Shown here: piece by piece, positions 43,346 through 58,603 of the stretch | How positions within the stretch are numbered: position 1 is the stretch's first letter | How the letters are laid out: the number at the start of each line of letters is the position of its first letter | From: Eledone cirrhosa | Taxonomy: Eukaryota | Assembly: GCA_964016885.1 (NCBI GenBank) | Contig: OZ024762.1 | Coordinates: forward strand, 24,862,001 to 24,926,000 | Reading direction: 5' to 3' | DNA: 64,000 nt | The notes under the pieces: generated by a model | Database searches by the model: none | What the model was told of the DNA's origin: nothing | What the model saw: the letters and a program-made list of their open reading frames with translations, nothing else | Made by a program: the position numbers and the translations under genes

Positions 43346-43910
43346 GCTGTTTGTAGCATATCCTTGTAAAATGAATTATGTATGTAGTCGGATATCTGTA
43401 CGAATTCGATTAAAAGGTGTCTTCAGTAGATATAGTTAGAAGAATGTCCAGTTATTCAACATGATTGGTAGTTGTGGCATTACTGTCGGAGATAGTATTC
43501 ATCTCAAATTTAATGAATAGTCTCCCACAACAAAATATGCGACTGATCGCGTTGACTATGTATGTATGTATATGTATGTTACATGTACGTATATGTATGT
43601 ATGTATATATTATGAATGTATATATATATGTATGTATGAGTGTATGTATTTATATATGTATATATGTATTTATATATTAATATATGTGTGTATGTATGCA
43701 TTTATATATGTGTGTATATATGTATATACGTATATATGTGTTTGTATGTACCTATGTATTTTAGTATGATTGTATATATGTATGTAGGTATGTATTTATG
43801 AATGTATGTATGCATATATATTTGTGTGCACACACACATAAAACATATATGTCCATATAAAACTTCTATATATACATATATATGTATATATATATATATA
43901 TATATTTATA

Positions 43911-43991
<81 letters not shown>

Positions 43992-43995
<4 letters not shown>

Positions 43996-44111
43996 CATAC
44001 ATAAATATAGTTTACAACGTACTAGACAGACAGAATGAAGAATGAAGAAACAATTGCATTTACATTCATTATATACGCATGCGTATATATAATCCTATCT
44101 GTATATATATG

Positions 44112-44191
<80 letters not shown>

Positions 44192-44380
44192 CATACATAC
44201 ATATATATACATATGTATATATATGTATGTATATACATATGTGTACGTATGTATGTATATACATATATATATATACAGATAGGAATATTTATACGCATGC
44301 GTATATAATGAATGTAAATGCAATCGTTTCTTCATTCTTCATTCTGTCAGTCTAGTACGTTGTAAACTATATTTATGTAT

Positions 44381-44384
<4 letters not shown>
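43992..44384. repeat. Inverted repeat (about 110-bp arms) enclosing a (TA)n tract
   Basis: 43992-44105 is the reverse complement of 44272-44384 with few mismatches. Confidence 0.88.
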
Positions 44385-44422
<38 letters not shown>

Positions 44423-44428
44423 CACACA

Positions 44429-44465
<37 letters not shown>

Positions 44466-44596
44466 GCGTATACATATATATATGGATATAAATATATATT
44501 CATATATACCTACATATATGTATATATATAAATATATATGCATATATATAAGTATACGTATATATATGAATATATAAATATATATATATACATATG

Positions 44597-44656
<60 letters not shown>

Positions 44657-44998
44657 TACGTATAAATATATTTACATACATATATTTATATATATATATA
44701 TATGCATATACTTGCATATATGTCTGCGTGTGAATGTAAAGTGTATTCGAGTATGTGCGCATGCGTGTGTATCACAGTATATATTTACAAGAATTGCTTA
44801 TTTTATTTCCCAAAGCCATATTTTTGTTATATATATTCCTTGAAAGTCATTCTTTAATTCCTATATATTCTTCCATTTTCTTCATTATTTCTGATACCGT
44901 TTTTTTCCCATCGAACTATTTTTTCTCTATATTTATTTCTGTATTTAAATATCTCCATTTTTTATCATAATTATCATATATTTATATATATATATTTA

Positions 44999-45040
<42 letters not shown>

Positions 45041-45092
45041 TATATACATATATATATATATATATATATAATTATATATATATATATTTATA

Positions 45093-45123
<31 letters not shown>

Positions 45124-45143
45124 ATTATATATATATATATTTA

Positions 45144-45307
<164 letters not shown>

Positions 45308-45323
45308 CTTGTGTGTGTGTGTA

Positions 45324-45424
<101 letters not shown>

Positions 45425-46540
45425 AAATATGAATATATGTATATATATATATGTATATGTGTGCGTATGTGTGTGTATTCCTTTAGGAAAGCCGGTATGA
45501 GATTTTTATCATATTTATAAATAATTATATTTATATGCATATATATATGTATGTATATATATATATATATATTTATATACGTACATATATATATATTGAT
45601 TCTACTTGATACGCATGCGCTCTCCAGAATTGATAAGGTGTTTGAGTTGTCATGGAATCATTGTGTATGTGTGTTTGTATATATGTATATATGTATGTTA
45701 GTATTTGTGTATACGCATGTATCTTTGTATATTTGTGTGTATGTATGTAGCTAGGTAGGTAGGTCGTTAGGTGCTATATATGTGTGCATGTACGTATATA
45801 TGTATATATTTATCTATGTATATATATATATGTATGCATGTATATATGTATGTAGGAGTATATATATGTATGCGTATGTATGTACACATGTATGCATTTA
45901 TGAATGTATATATGTATGTATATATGTATGTGCGTATGTATGTATGTGTATACATATGTATGTTTGTGTATGTATGTAGGTAGGTAGGGTGGTAGGTTGT
46001 TAGATGACTATGTACATATGTATATATGTATATATGTCTATATGTCTATATGTATGTATGTATATAAGTATGTACGTATGTATATATATGTATGTATATA
46101 TGTATGTATGTATGTATCTATGTATGTATATATGTGTATATGTATGTATATATGTATGTATGTATGTATATATATATATATATACATATGTGTGTATATA
46201 TGTGTTTATGTGATTGTACTTTAGTTGGGAAAGAGACGGCTTTTCAGAAAGTGGAGAACAAAAGCTATGCGGTTATATGAAAAAAAAAAACTTAGCGAAA
46301 CACTCCCCAAACACTCTCAGAATTCAATCTTTCTTATTTTATATTCTTTATACTCACACCACACGTCGAATATGCTCAGACACTGTCTTAAAGCTATTCC
46401 GTCTATCCTATTGTAACTACTACTTATATTTTAAGGAGTGGTGGTTTTTTTACGTATTGGTAACGAAACTCAAGTGGGGAGACTTAATAACGAATAGCAA
46501 ACACTCGGTTACACCCAGACACAAATACACGAAGACACAG

Positions 46541-46581
<41 letters not shown>

Positions 46582-46660
46582 TTGGGGAGGGTCATATTTG
46601 TGTAATATTGCCAGAATTAATAACAGAACACACTCACTGTTTGGTTGGTTTTCGCTTAAG

Positions 46661-46714
<54 letters not shown>

Positions 46715-46715
46715 T

Positions 46716-47462
46716 AATATATTTGGCAATATACCGTATGTTTAATTAAAAACATATAGAAGACCATACGCTATCCGTTTGAAAGTAGTGACTATGTCAC
46801 TTACTTCTTTTCGGCGAAAGAAGGGAGAGAAGCTGACAATCTGTTTCACGCTGTTTGGCGTTCGTCAGAGCCACGCAACCCATGCTTCCGCCGAATATTA
46901 TAGAAGCTGGATTCCTATAGAATTCCAGCAATAATCAGGAGCTGATTATACAGAGCGATTGCCGGTCCAGCAAAATTAAGTATTAGGATTGGTGCTCTGA
47001 AATAGCGATGTATACATGAATGTATGTATAGTATATTAGGCCGAAAAGAAGTGACATAATAATCACTACTTTAAAACTGATAGCGTAAGGTCTTCTAAAT
47101 GTTTTAATTAAACATACGTTATATTGCCAAATATACTATACATACATTCATGTATACATCGCTATTTCAGAGCACCAAACCTAATTCCTAATTTTTGCTG
47201 GACCGGCAATCGCTCTGTATAATCAGCTCCTGATTATTACTGGAATTCTATAGGAATCTACCATTTATAATTTTCTGCGAAAGCAGGGGAGTACGTGGCT
47301 CTGACGAACGCCAACCAGCGTGAAAGAGACTGTCAGCTTCTCTCCCTTCTTTCGCCGAAAAGAAGTAAGTGACATAGTTACTACTTTAAAACTGATAGCA
47401 TATGGTCTTCTAAATGTTTTTAATTAAACATACAGTATATTGCTAAATATACTATACAAACA

Positions 47463-47465
<3 letters not shown>
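46716..47465. mobile_element. pLTR-like element with a 5' inverted copy (46716-47037) and a permuted forward copy (47040-47465); fragment also at 7385-7530
   Basis: Arms are reverse-complementary, both ends lie in (TA)n, and each arm has an HHR. Confidence 0.82.
47297..47338 (+). ncRNA. Type-I hammerhead (inverted copy 46831-46872, -)
   Basis: ggct-CTGACGA-acgc caacca gcgt-GAAA-gagactg-TC-agct. The inverted copy has stem III cagattg. Confidence 0.8.
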
Positions 47466-47497
<32 letters not shown>

Positions 47498-47504
<7 letters not shown>

Positions 47505-48198
47505 TGATCGAGTATCGAAAAATCGGCGTACGAGTTCACGATAAACAAAATTCGATATGAGCGGCAGAGTGCTCACTGATTTAGATAAATCAGAGCTATA
47601 ACTATCGTTAAAATACCGTCACACACAGAACAAGTCTATAATCAACCGCACGATCGAAAATTTGCGATTACGGAAGATTCGGGACACTCAGATAAAAAAT
47701 CTCAATAATTCAATAAATTAAATGAATGTAAAAAGCATACCCGGACCCGCTAGGAAGATGTTAAATCTAGCTTCTTGGGTTTCTGTAAATCCTTAAACTG
47801 TTCTCTATCAGCTCACATAAAAATATATAAGACTTCTAGAAATCAGTGGACAGGAAATTTACTTCTTCAACGAGCTTTGTCCAAACGGATAAAATGGCAT
47901 AACCCAAGCTAAATACGCACATGGAATTCGGCAAGGGAGATAACCTCTACATCCGCGAAAACTATTCGAGAAAATGTGGAAATACACATATCGAATAAAA
48001 GTGCTCAATAGACATGTTAAAATAAACAGGAGCTATTCATCACTTAATAGAATCGACAAAAAATGAGCAATAAAATTAACTGGTGGATAGCTATGTCTAG
48101 AGCTAAATATATTAGAATGATCGAGTATCGAAAAATCGGCGTACGAGTTCACGATAAACAAAATTCGATATGAGCGGCAGAGTGCTCACTGATTTAGA
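47498..48198 (-). mobile_element. pLTR-like unit, 613-bp period with about 88-bp perfect terminal direct repeat; possible HHR variant at 47740-47874
   Basis: attagaatgatcgag...gatttagata occurs at 47498 and 48111. Minus strand: ctcg-TTGAAGA-a-gtaaattt..ggatttac-a-GAAA-ccc..ggg-TC-cggg. Confidence 0.7.
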
Positions 48199-48202
48199 TA
48201 TA

Positions 48203-48365
48203 TATTGTTATACTTGGGGAGGGTCATATTTGTGTAATATTGTCAGAATTAATAACAGAACACACTCACTCTGTTATTAATTCTGGCAATATTACACAAA
48301 TATGACCCTCCCCAAGTATAACAATATTTGTTTCGACACACGATTTCATATAAAAAACCTCGCAA

Positions 48366-48370
<5 letters not shown>
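48203..48370. repeat. Fold-back inverted repeat; family also at 46578-46650 and 53425-53530
   Basis: ttgttatacttggggagggtcatatttgtgtaatattg..aataacaga / tctgttatt..caatattacacaaatatgaccctccccaagtataacaa. Confidence 0.85.
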
Positions 48371-48407
<37 letters not shown>

Positions 48408-48660
48408 TGACTTATATATATGCGATACACCCCACAACAAAATCATATCCCCTCTATCTCAATTCTATGTTTCAAAATCTTTTCAGCGGGTGTTTGTGCC
48501 CCCGCGGGACCCTTTGATTAAAATGAAATATACCTAAGAAATCAAATGGGCAAGGTCATGCTGCCCATAACACCACACGCACCTGTTGGTTTTCACTTCA
48601 ATTTATTATAAATTCCCGTTTGGTTGGTTGGTTGGATAACTGGAAGTTTGTTTATATGCT

Positions 48661-48703
48661 GTCAAAGCTCTTTCGTCACACATTCTGTGACCTCCTCAGT
48701 GAC
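48661..48703 (-). ncRNA. Minimal type-I hammerhead ribozyme
   Basis: Minus strand: gtca-CTGAGGA-g-gtcac agaatgt gtgac-GAAA-gagc-TT-tgac. Confidence 0.75.
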
Positions 48704-48739
48704 TAAGTTTTTATTTTGTATCTCTACTTTGTTCTATAT

Positions 48740-48779
<40 letters not shown>

Positions 48780-48954
48780 TATGTACACACACACACACAC
48801 ACACACACACATTATGTACACACACACACACCCGCACATGTCCCTATATATGTGTATGTGACAGCTCACACCTGGTTTAGCTGGCCTCCTCCAAGATATA
48901 TCTCGTTGGAGGTGTCTTGGGTAATGTAATGATAGGGACCCCAGTCCTATCATC

Positions 48955-49095
48955 TCATTTCTACAGCTGAGTAAACTGGAGCAACGTGAAATAAAGTGTC
49001 TTGCTCAAGGAAACAACACATCACCCGCTCCGAGAATTGAACTCACAACCTTTCGATTGCAAGCCCAATGCTCTAACCACTAAGCCATGCGCCTT
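48955..49095 (-). mobile_element. tRNA-derived SINE family B (CORE-like)
   Basis: Minus strand head ggcgcatggcttagtggttagagc..gttgtgagttcaattc followed by ccttgagcaagacacttt. Confidence 0.8.
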
Positions 49096-49139
49096 CACTG
49101 TGTGTATATAATTAGTTACAGCAGTGACACAGAACATAA

Positions 49140-49555
49140 ATAACAATCAAAAATACAACAGCAATAATGAAGGCAACAACAACAGCAGCAATAATTATAA
49201 AACCAACAACCACAACCACAACGACGACAACAATAACCACAACAACCACAACGACGACAACAACAACCACAACGACAACGACGACAACAACAACAACAAC
49301 CACAACCACAACAACAACGACAACAACAACAACCACAACAACAACGACAACAACACCGACGACAACAACCACAACGACGACGCCAACAACAACAACCACA
49401 ACGACAATAACAAAGACGATAAAAAATGACCGAAGAGCTAAACAACAAACCTGTTAATTAAATGAGGTACTTATTGACTTTGACTAATTACTGTTCCTAA
49501 TACCAAATATACAAAGTGCATTTCAACTCTATCATATTCTTTGACAGGCATTACC

Positions 49556-49586
<31 letters not shown>

Positions 49587-50320
49587 CTTCTTCTTCTTCT
49601 TCTTCTTCTTCTCCTTCTTCTTCTTCTTCTTCTTCTCCTTCTTCTCCTTCTTCTTCTTCTTCTTCTTCTCCTTCTTCTCCTTCTTCTTCTTCTTCTTCTT
49701 CTTCTTCTTCTTCTTCTTCTTCTTCTTCTTCTTCTCCTTATTCTTCTTCTTCTCCTTCTTCTCCTTCTCCTTCTTCTCCTTCTTCTTCTTCTTCTTCTTC
49801 TTTTCCTTCTCCTTCTCCTTCTTTTTCTTCTTCTTCTTCTTCTTCTTCTTCTTCTTCTTCTTCTTCTTCTTCTTCTTCTTCTCCTCCTTCTTCTTTTTCT
49901 TCTCCTCCATCACCACCATCACCATCATCACCATCACCATCACCATCACCATCATCACCACCATCGCCATCATCATCATCATCACCATCATCACTCCCCC
50001 GTCACCATGTTGTTGCCGTTCTTGCCACCGTTGTTGTTATTGTTGTTGCTGTTATTGTTGTTGTTGTTGCTGTTATTGTTGTTATTGTTGTTGTTGTTAT
50101 TGTTGTTATTGCTGTTATTGTTGTTGTTGTTATTGTTGTTATAGTTGTTATTGTTGTTGTTGTTGTTGTTATTGTTGTTATAGTTGTTATTGTTGTTATT
50201 GTTGCTGTTATTATTGTTGTTATTGTTGTTGTTGTTATTGTTATTGGTGTTGTTGTTGCTGCTGTTATTGTTGTTATTTTTATTGTTATTGTTGTTGTTA
50301 TTGATGTTATTGTTGTTCTG
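49140..50320. repeat. Compound microsatellites (CAA/CGA), (CTT), (CAT/CAC), (GTT/ATT)
   Basis: Read directly. Confidence 0.95.
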
Positions 50321-50501
50321 ATGTAGCTTAACAAATCTGCCTCAGTACATAATTGTAAATTTAATTAAATATTTCTTCCCCAATAACTGATTGTCTAACG
50401 AAACTTTGCTTAATACAACATGTAACACATTTCATATCATTTATCACTGGACTTGTTATTTTGTTTGTTAGACTTGTTTGTTTTAGAAATAACACATACA
50501 C

Positions 50502-50603
<102 letters not shown>

Positions 50604-50711
50604 ATATATATATACACAGATACAGGTAAACACACACACACGTGATAGATAGATAGATGCATAAATGTGTGTATGTGCATATATGTGTGTGTGTGGGGGT
50701 ATGTGTATAAA

Positions 50712-50743
<32 letters not shown>

Positions 50744-50901
50744 ATATATACGCCCATATATATATATACACATACACCCACACACACACACATATATATA
50801 CGCAGACACAAATGTATATATATATATTCACATGAACACACACACAAATATATGTATAGATATATATACATACACATATATATATGTGTGTATGTATATA
50901 A

Positions 50902-50946
<45 letters not shown>

Positions 50947-51216
50947 AGTGTGTTTTCTGATTATTTAGAATTTGTATCGTCTTATATTTTTGCGGATAAC
51001 ATGAGAATTGCGATTGTATATATGTATGTGTGTGTATATATGTATGTACGTATGTATATGTGTACATGTATATGTATGTGCGTACGTATATATGTATGTA
51101 CGCGTTTATGTATTTATGTACGACAGGGGTTATCGCTTTTTACGGCAAATTATCGTTGTTTATCATTACTCATCTCTCTCGCTTTATATATATATATATA
51201 CAAATATACACACACA

Positions 51217-51268
<52 letters not shown>

Positions 51269-51322
51269 TATATATATATATAAATATATATATACATATA
51301 TACATATATACACACACACACA

Positions 51323-51426
<104 letters not shown>

Positions 51427-51440
51427 CATACACACACATA

Positions 51441-51528
<88 letters not shown>

Positions 51529-51649
51529 CATACATACACACACACACTGATATATATATATATATACACACAAATAAAATACAGAGTTAATAACTCATAC
51601 TGATACCTTGTAATTAACAAGCTCAAAGTATAAATACTGAGCATTAGAA

Positions 51650-52052
51650 TAGGTAGGGGGTCGGACGCCATGCTTTGACGCATAGAGTTACGGCCCTTGC
51701 CATTCTGAGTTCAAATCCCGCCGAGGTTAACATTGCCTTTCATCCTTACGGGGGTCGATAAAATAAAGTACCAGTCACCCACTGGCGTCGATTTAATCGA
51801 CTTTCCCCTCCCTCAAAATTGCTGGCCTTGTGCCTATATAAGAAACCATAATATAATAATAGTCGGTGGATTGGCAGTATCGGTACAGGGTCGGACGCCA
51901 TGCTTTGACGCATAGAGTTACGGCCCTTGCCATTCTGAGTTCAAATCCCGCCGAGGTTAACTTTGCCTTTCATCCTTGCGGGGTCGATAAAATAAAGTAT
52001 CGGTAATGAACTGGGTAATTGCTGGCCTTGTGCCAAAAATAGAAACAATTAT
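51650..52052 (+). mobile_element. Two tandem SINE A copies
   Basis: 51650-51850 and 51863-52052, each with head, core and tail. Confidence 0.85.
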
Positions 52053-52742
52053 ATAATGATATATGTAGAAATAAACACAGTAAATTGTGTGTCTAAAATT
52101 ACGAGGGTCGGAGTACCACAATGGGGGGGATGAAATAGTTATTGAGACGGTCTGTGTATATTATATTCTATATCTTCCGTTTGCTTCAGGTTAAATTTAT
52201 CAAACCAATGTCGTACTTCTACCCTCGTCATTTTAGACACACAATTTACTGTGTTTATTTCTACAGCTGAGAATATATACTTTTCTCGTCTGTGTAAATG
52301 AGGTGATTAATCTCATTTGCATATGAAGCTGCATAAGTTGGCTGACGACGAGAAAAGTATATATTCTCAGCTGTCTTCTAGTCCAGCAGTTGCAAGCGGT
52401 GGGAGGGACCGTCCTGACGAATGCCAGTTAAGCCTGAAATGCATAGACGGTTGTCCCCCTTGTTTCTGCTGGACATCACCAGAGGGCGTTAGTCCCCCCC
52501 CTCCCCCCGATGTTTGCATAGCTACGGCTTCCTAAAACTGTATTTCTTTGGAGATACGAAATATTTATACATATTCTATAAAGCTATGATTGAAGTGAAA
52601 TCCTATTTCTTTTTTATTATAAGTTGAGCCAACTTATGCAGCTTTATATGCAAATGAGATTAATCACCTCATTTACACAGACGAGAAAACTATATATTCT
52701 CGCCTGTCTTCTAGTCCAGCAGTCGCAAACGGTGGGAGGGAG

Positions 52743-52782
52743 CGTCCTGACGAAGGCCAGTTAAGCCTGAAATGCATAGACG
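52743..52782 (+). ncRNA. Minimal type-I hammerhead; tandem partner at 52408-52451
   Basis: cgtc-CTGACGA-aggc cagttaa gcct-GAAA-TGCA-TA-gacg. Confidence 0.85.
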
Positions 52783-52836
52783 GTTGTCTCCCTTGCTTCA
52801 GCTGGACATCACCAGAGGGTGTTTGCATAGCTACGG

Positions 52837-52876
<40 letters not shown>

Positions 52877-53282
52877 CAGTAACACAAGAATTAGTTCACC
52901 ATACCGAGAACAATTGTCTCACCTTATGCGGATGCGCACCTCGTATTGAATATGAGCTGAAGATCCGTAAGGTGAAACAATTGTTCTCGGTATGGTGAAC
53001 TAACTGTTGTGTTACTTATATATATATATATTGTTTAATATATATATATATTATATTTTATTGGTAATTGACGTCATTCACGTGGTACGCGAAATAACCA
53101 TTAAAAAGCGCTTGAAAAAGACTAAGAAAAGAATTCAATCAAAATCAAAATTTAATCCCAAACAGAGGAAATTAGAACATTATCCACTGAAAGTTCCTTA
53201 AACCACGAAGAAGGGACATTTAAGCACCGAAATATTGGACAGGTAAAAGAACAACAGCTGTTTAGCCTTCTCTCTTTCAACG

Positions 53283-53388
<106 letters not shown>

Positions 53389-53849
53389 ATGTATATATAT
53401 ATATATAACGGCGATGAATTAGTTTTACATGAAATCGTGTGTCGAAACAAATATTGTTATACTTGGGGAAGGTCATATTTGTGTAATATTGCCAGAATTA
53501 ATAACAGAAGACACTCACTGTTTGGTTGGTATATATAGTTTATCAAAGTTCTTTCGTTGCACATCTACATCACCGAACATTTATTATAATGCTTGTCAGT
53601 GTTGAACAAACGAGCAACGATGGTTGCTAGACACTACGGCTTAATACGGGATGTTTGTTTACAAACACACCGAGCATTATAATAAATGTTCGGTGAATCC
53701 ATACGTACATGTATATATGTGTGCATGTATGTATATATATATACATACTACTGTACGTCTGTATACATATATGTATGTACGTGTACATACTTATATTTAA
53801 GTAACAGCCGTACTAAGAGTGGGAAATGAAATTTCGTTTCATTTTTTCC

Positions 53850-53909
<60 letters not shown>

Positions 53910-54354
53910 CAAAATGTTAATAAATGAAAAATATTCTTATAATCAAAATATATTTTTTATTATACATATTTTGGTTTTTGTACTTTTTCTTTATGGACCT
54001 AACCTGAAATTATGAAACGCATAGCTGAGCTTGATGGGATTTTGAAATGAGGACGCAAAGATCCAGAAATAATTGCGCAAAACAATCTAACTAATGTTTT
54101 ATTGACTCTACCAATTCCCGGCGTCTGGGCATGAACCATCAACCTCTCAATTTATATTAAATGTCAGGCATCATATTTTATTTGACCAGCTCTTGAACTG
54201 TAAAATATTATATTAGGTCGTCATGTATGAAATCTGTAGACATTTCATGGAAAAGTCGACCCAATACACATATATGGTCCTGTATCTCCTGATAGTGAAA
54301 TAATAAATGGGCAGACATGATGGGTAAGTGACCGTATGGTAGTATGTGGATGGG

Positions 54355-56675
54355 GCTGTAACTCCAGATAGTGCCGTAGGGGCGCCGTATTGACATGCAG
54401 CATTTCTAGTGCAGTTTTAGACATGGCGCGGCTCACCCTTCTCCAGGTCTGAATAGAGCAGATTTATTCCAGAGAAGGATCGATAGGAAAAGAGGGGAAA
54501 TGAGAAAGAGATATAGAGGAAGAATCTACTCGACTACTAGATTAGTACTTTTGTTTATCGACCTCGAAAGGATGAAAGGCAAAATTGACCTCGGTGGGAT
54601 TTGAACTCAGAGAGCAACGAGCCGGAACGTATACCATAAAGAGTTCTATCCGACGTTCTAACGACTCTGCCAATTCTCTGCTTCTCACGTCAGTGCACCA
54701 ACCATCAACTACCAAATTTATATAAAAAATAAGGCATCCTATTATATTTGACCATCTCTTGCACTCTTAGATATTGTAATGTCAATAAAATATAGATCAA
54801 TTGTTCACTTGAGATAAACGTATTTAAGCCTAATCGTATCTCTTTACATCTCTGATATTTATGTACACGTTTTACTCTCTTTTAATACTGGCTTTTAATA
54901 TCAATGCTTGTATAAATTTGCGGTAGGGTCTGTCTTCAGAGGGCCAAGTTATTTGACTGCTTGTCTAAAACGGTTAGAAACCTAAGGACGGATATGTCAA
55001 ATATTTTAAAGAATACGCCGTGAAGCTGTTCCTCTGTGATTTCAAATTAATTATATTTCGTATGCTGGCTTCCTCCGAAATAGCAGACCTTCGGCTATTG
55101 ATATTACAGCAAGAGGAGGTTAACTAGTAAGGGTTAATATTTAGAAAGTTTAACTACAAAACATCATAATGTATATTGATTCGTTTCAATCATCGAACAA
55201 ATATTTAGCCAGAAATCTTCGACAAAAACCTATCCGACCAACAGGATATGTATGTGTGTATGTTTGCTCCCGTAACTCCAGATAGTGTCGTAGGGGCGCC
55301 ATATTGGCATACAGCATTTCTAGTTCGGTTTTAGACATGGCTGTACCCATCCCTCTCCAGGTCTGAATAGAGCAGATTTTTTCCGGAGAAAGATAGATAG
55401 GAAAAGAGAGGACATGAGAAAGAGAGGAAGAATCTACCCGAATACTAGATTAGTACTTTTGTTTATCGACCTCCAAAGGATGAAAGGCAAAATTGACCTT
55501 GGCAGGATTTGAACCCCGAGAGCAGAAACAAATAACATAAAGCATTCTATCGGAGGTTCTGTCAATTTGCCGCCTACGAACAACAGGATAATATGTAAGT
55601 AAATGCACAAATTAATGTCTGGTTAAGACATTCTCTTCACCGCGATAATGTGGTTTTGGGGTTTAACGCTACTGCGCGGAAATCTAACCACTTACCAAAC
55701 ATATGTTTTCTTTATAACTGCCCTTTGATCGTTTAGCTACAAATCGACATCATAATCTATCTGAACTACATAATTCTGTAAGTAAAGAAGAAGAATCGGA
55801 GAAGGGGAGAGAAAGAGGAGAACAATAGAAAAGAAAGAGGGAGAGCAAAAGAAGAGGAGGAAGGAAAGCAGAAGGAGGAGAATAAAATGAAGATCTTTAG
55901 GTTGTTTCAAATAGCTTGGTTAACATTTTTCAACCCTTTTACCCGTGTGAAACCCTTGAAGTAAGTTTTATGTCCCAGAGGTCCCCTGAATAACAATTAT
56001 TATATATTATTAGGACATAGTTTTAAATAATATAAAAGATAGGGAGAATCTTTTATAATAATGGTTTCAGATTTAGGCACAATGCCAGCAATTTTGGGGG
56101 AGGGGAAAGTCGATTAGATTGACCCCAGTGCGTAACTGGTACTTTATTTTATCGACCACGTAAGGATGAAAAGTAAAGCTAAGCTAACCCGGACGGGATT
56201 TTAACGCGGAACGTAAAGTACCGTAAATCTATGCCGCAAAGCATGGCATCCGACGCTCTACCGATTCTACCAATCAACTGCCCTTTTGAAGCCTTCATTA
56301 TAATAACCAAGCATTTTCCAACAATATTCCGAAATAAAATTGCATGCATGGTCCCGTAACTCCTAAAGGAGTCGTAGAGGCACTATATTGTCATACGGGA
56401 TTTTTAGGGCATTTTTAGACCTGGCGGAGTCCATCCGTCTCCAGGTCTGAATAGAGCAGATTTCTTCCAGAGAAGGGTAGATAGTGAAAGAGAGGAAGTG
56501 TGAAAGAGATATAGAGAAAAAATTGACCCCAGTACTAGACTGGCGCTTTTTTTTTTATTGACCTTGAAGGATGAAAGGCAAAGTTGACCTCGGCGAGATT
56601 TGAACTCTGAGAAGAGACAGTTGAAACGAATAATGCAAAGCCGAGGTTCTAACGACTCTGCCAATTGGCCGCTTA
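54355..56675 (-). mobile_element. Cluster of older SINE-A-related copies with a long shared 3' tail (54355-54680, 55270-55575, 56350-56675) plus SINE 56060-56285
   Basis: Three diverged copies of gtaactcc..tccaggtctgaatagagcagatt..tactaga joined to the SINE core. Confidence 0.75.
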
Positions 56676-57743
56676 TGTAGTAAAATTACGAATATAAAAT
56701 TAAATAAGAATTACTCAAAAATTCATTCGCTTTTTATCAGTGCTTCTCGTGGAAACCTTTGTAACCTCTTGTGAACCTCTAGGGTTCTGAGGGAGACTGG
56801 TTGACATATGTTGGGCTAGACATGACATCAGCAAAATTGTGGTAATTCTTGTGCCAAAATGTGCAGTATTTGGCAAGTAAATGACTAATCTAGTTGTATT
56901 GTTCTTCGTGTTATCTCAGACAAACATACACACACTTAACAATCACATTCTTTTGAAATTCTTAAAGGCATCAAAGGAAATTTTGATACAGCAACAACAA
57001 CAAAAAAACAGCAACAAAGTCAGAAAATGGCCGAATATTTTCCTGTCAAATGTCAGTACGATTTACTTAGCTTGATTTTATTAAAATTTCTAAATCGGAA
57101 CATTCTCGAAATAGTCACGCAACAGAATATGTTGGTTAAATGTCGCTTTTAGAAATTAACCTTTTCAAATACAGACATTCTGTGAATTTCGATAGAGTTT
57201 CTGAGCTTTACCAAATGAACAGATATGCCAAAAGTGTTTCTAAAATAAAATTAAATTGACTACCGATTAAGCTTCCAGTCAGCCGCCCCATTTATATATT
57301 TTATTATATAATATTATATGATCATAAGTTTAATAGATGCCGTTGAAAAATTCAATAACGAGCAAATTTAGTTTGAAATATGTATAGCTCCTGTTAATGT
57401 ATAAGTATGGACATATTAGAGTAAAAAAGGAAAACAAGGAAGAAAGTGGTGAAAAGGTCACAAGACCTACTTGAAACACCGATCACAATTCATCTCAAAG
57501 CACACCTTCATATTGTAAAATTTAGAATGAAAGGACATATTAGATTGGATAGGAAGGTATAGTTTAGGTTGACTATTTTTAGAAATGAAATGGGAAGGTC
57601 ATAAACAAATAAAATGGAGAAAGAGTTTTAATAATACGTCTGAGGTAGGGTAAAAACAACAACAGATTCCATCACATAAATACCACATTCCATCACATAA
57701 AATAACACTACACTACACTAAATTATGCCATAATGCTTTGTAA

Positions 57744-57967
57744 CAGTCATGGGCAACCTGTGGCCCGCCAAGCTTTCTGAATGACTCGCCTAAGTTACCT
57801 AAGTGAAATCTTCAATGTTTACGAATTCTGAAGAAACAAATCAAAACAACCTGAGTTACCACCCTTCTTTTTAATGTGGGTACGAATGTAAATTAGCGCT
57901 TGCGGCCCGCCTGATGATGAGTCACATCTCATGCGGCCCGCCTCTAGAAAAATGTTGCCCGTGCCTG
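57744..57967. mobile_element. hAT (Charlie-like) MITE
   Basis: TIRs cagtcatgggcaac / gttgcccgtgcctg, 8-bp TSD ctttgtaa / ctttataa, and subterminal ggcccgcc motifs. Confidence 0.85.
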
Positions 57968-58413
57968 CTTTATAATATGATGCTACAGAAGCCGCGAGAC
58001 TGAGTTTTAATCATACATCTGCATATTTAAGACAGAGGTAGGGCAAAAACTACAGCAGAATTACACCACAATCCATCACACAAAATGAGAGTACATGACA
58101 CTACATTATGTCATAAGGCCTTATTATATGACGCTACAGAAGCTGTGTTGCTTAGTGGTTAAAGAATTTAAATTCGCAATCGCGAGTTTGTGAGTTCGAT
58201 TCCCAGACTGAGCGCTGCGTTTTGTCATTGAGCAAGACACTTTCTTTCAGGCTGCTTTATAATATGACACTACAGAAACTGTGTGGTTTATTGGTTAAAG
58301 AGTTTGTTTTGCAATCGTAACACACCATCCTTTACATCATACCATATTATACTACACAGTACTACCCTGTATCAGGTTGTAGCAAACTACACCCAATCAC
58401 ACCACAACATATT

Positions 58414-58461
<48 letters not shown>

Positions 58462-58499
58462 GATATACATATATATTAGATATATATATATACATACAC

Positions 58500-58603
<104 letters not shown>

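Noticed and set aside
54780-57700. Possible host exons in the less repetitive AT-rich stretch
   Set aside because: No recognisable protein motif or supportable splice structure. Small exons cannot be excluded without RNA-seq.
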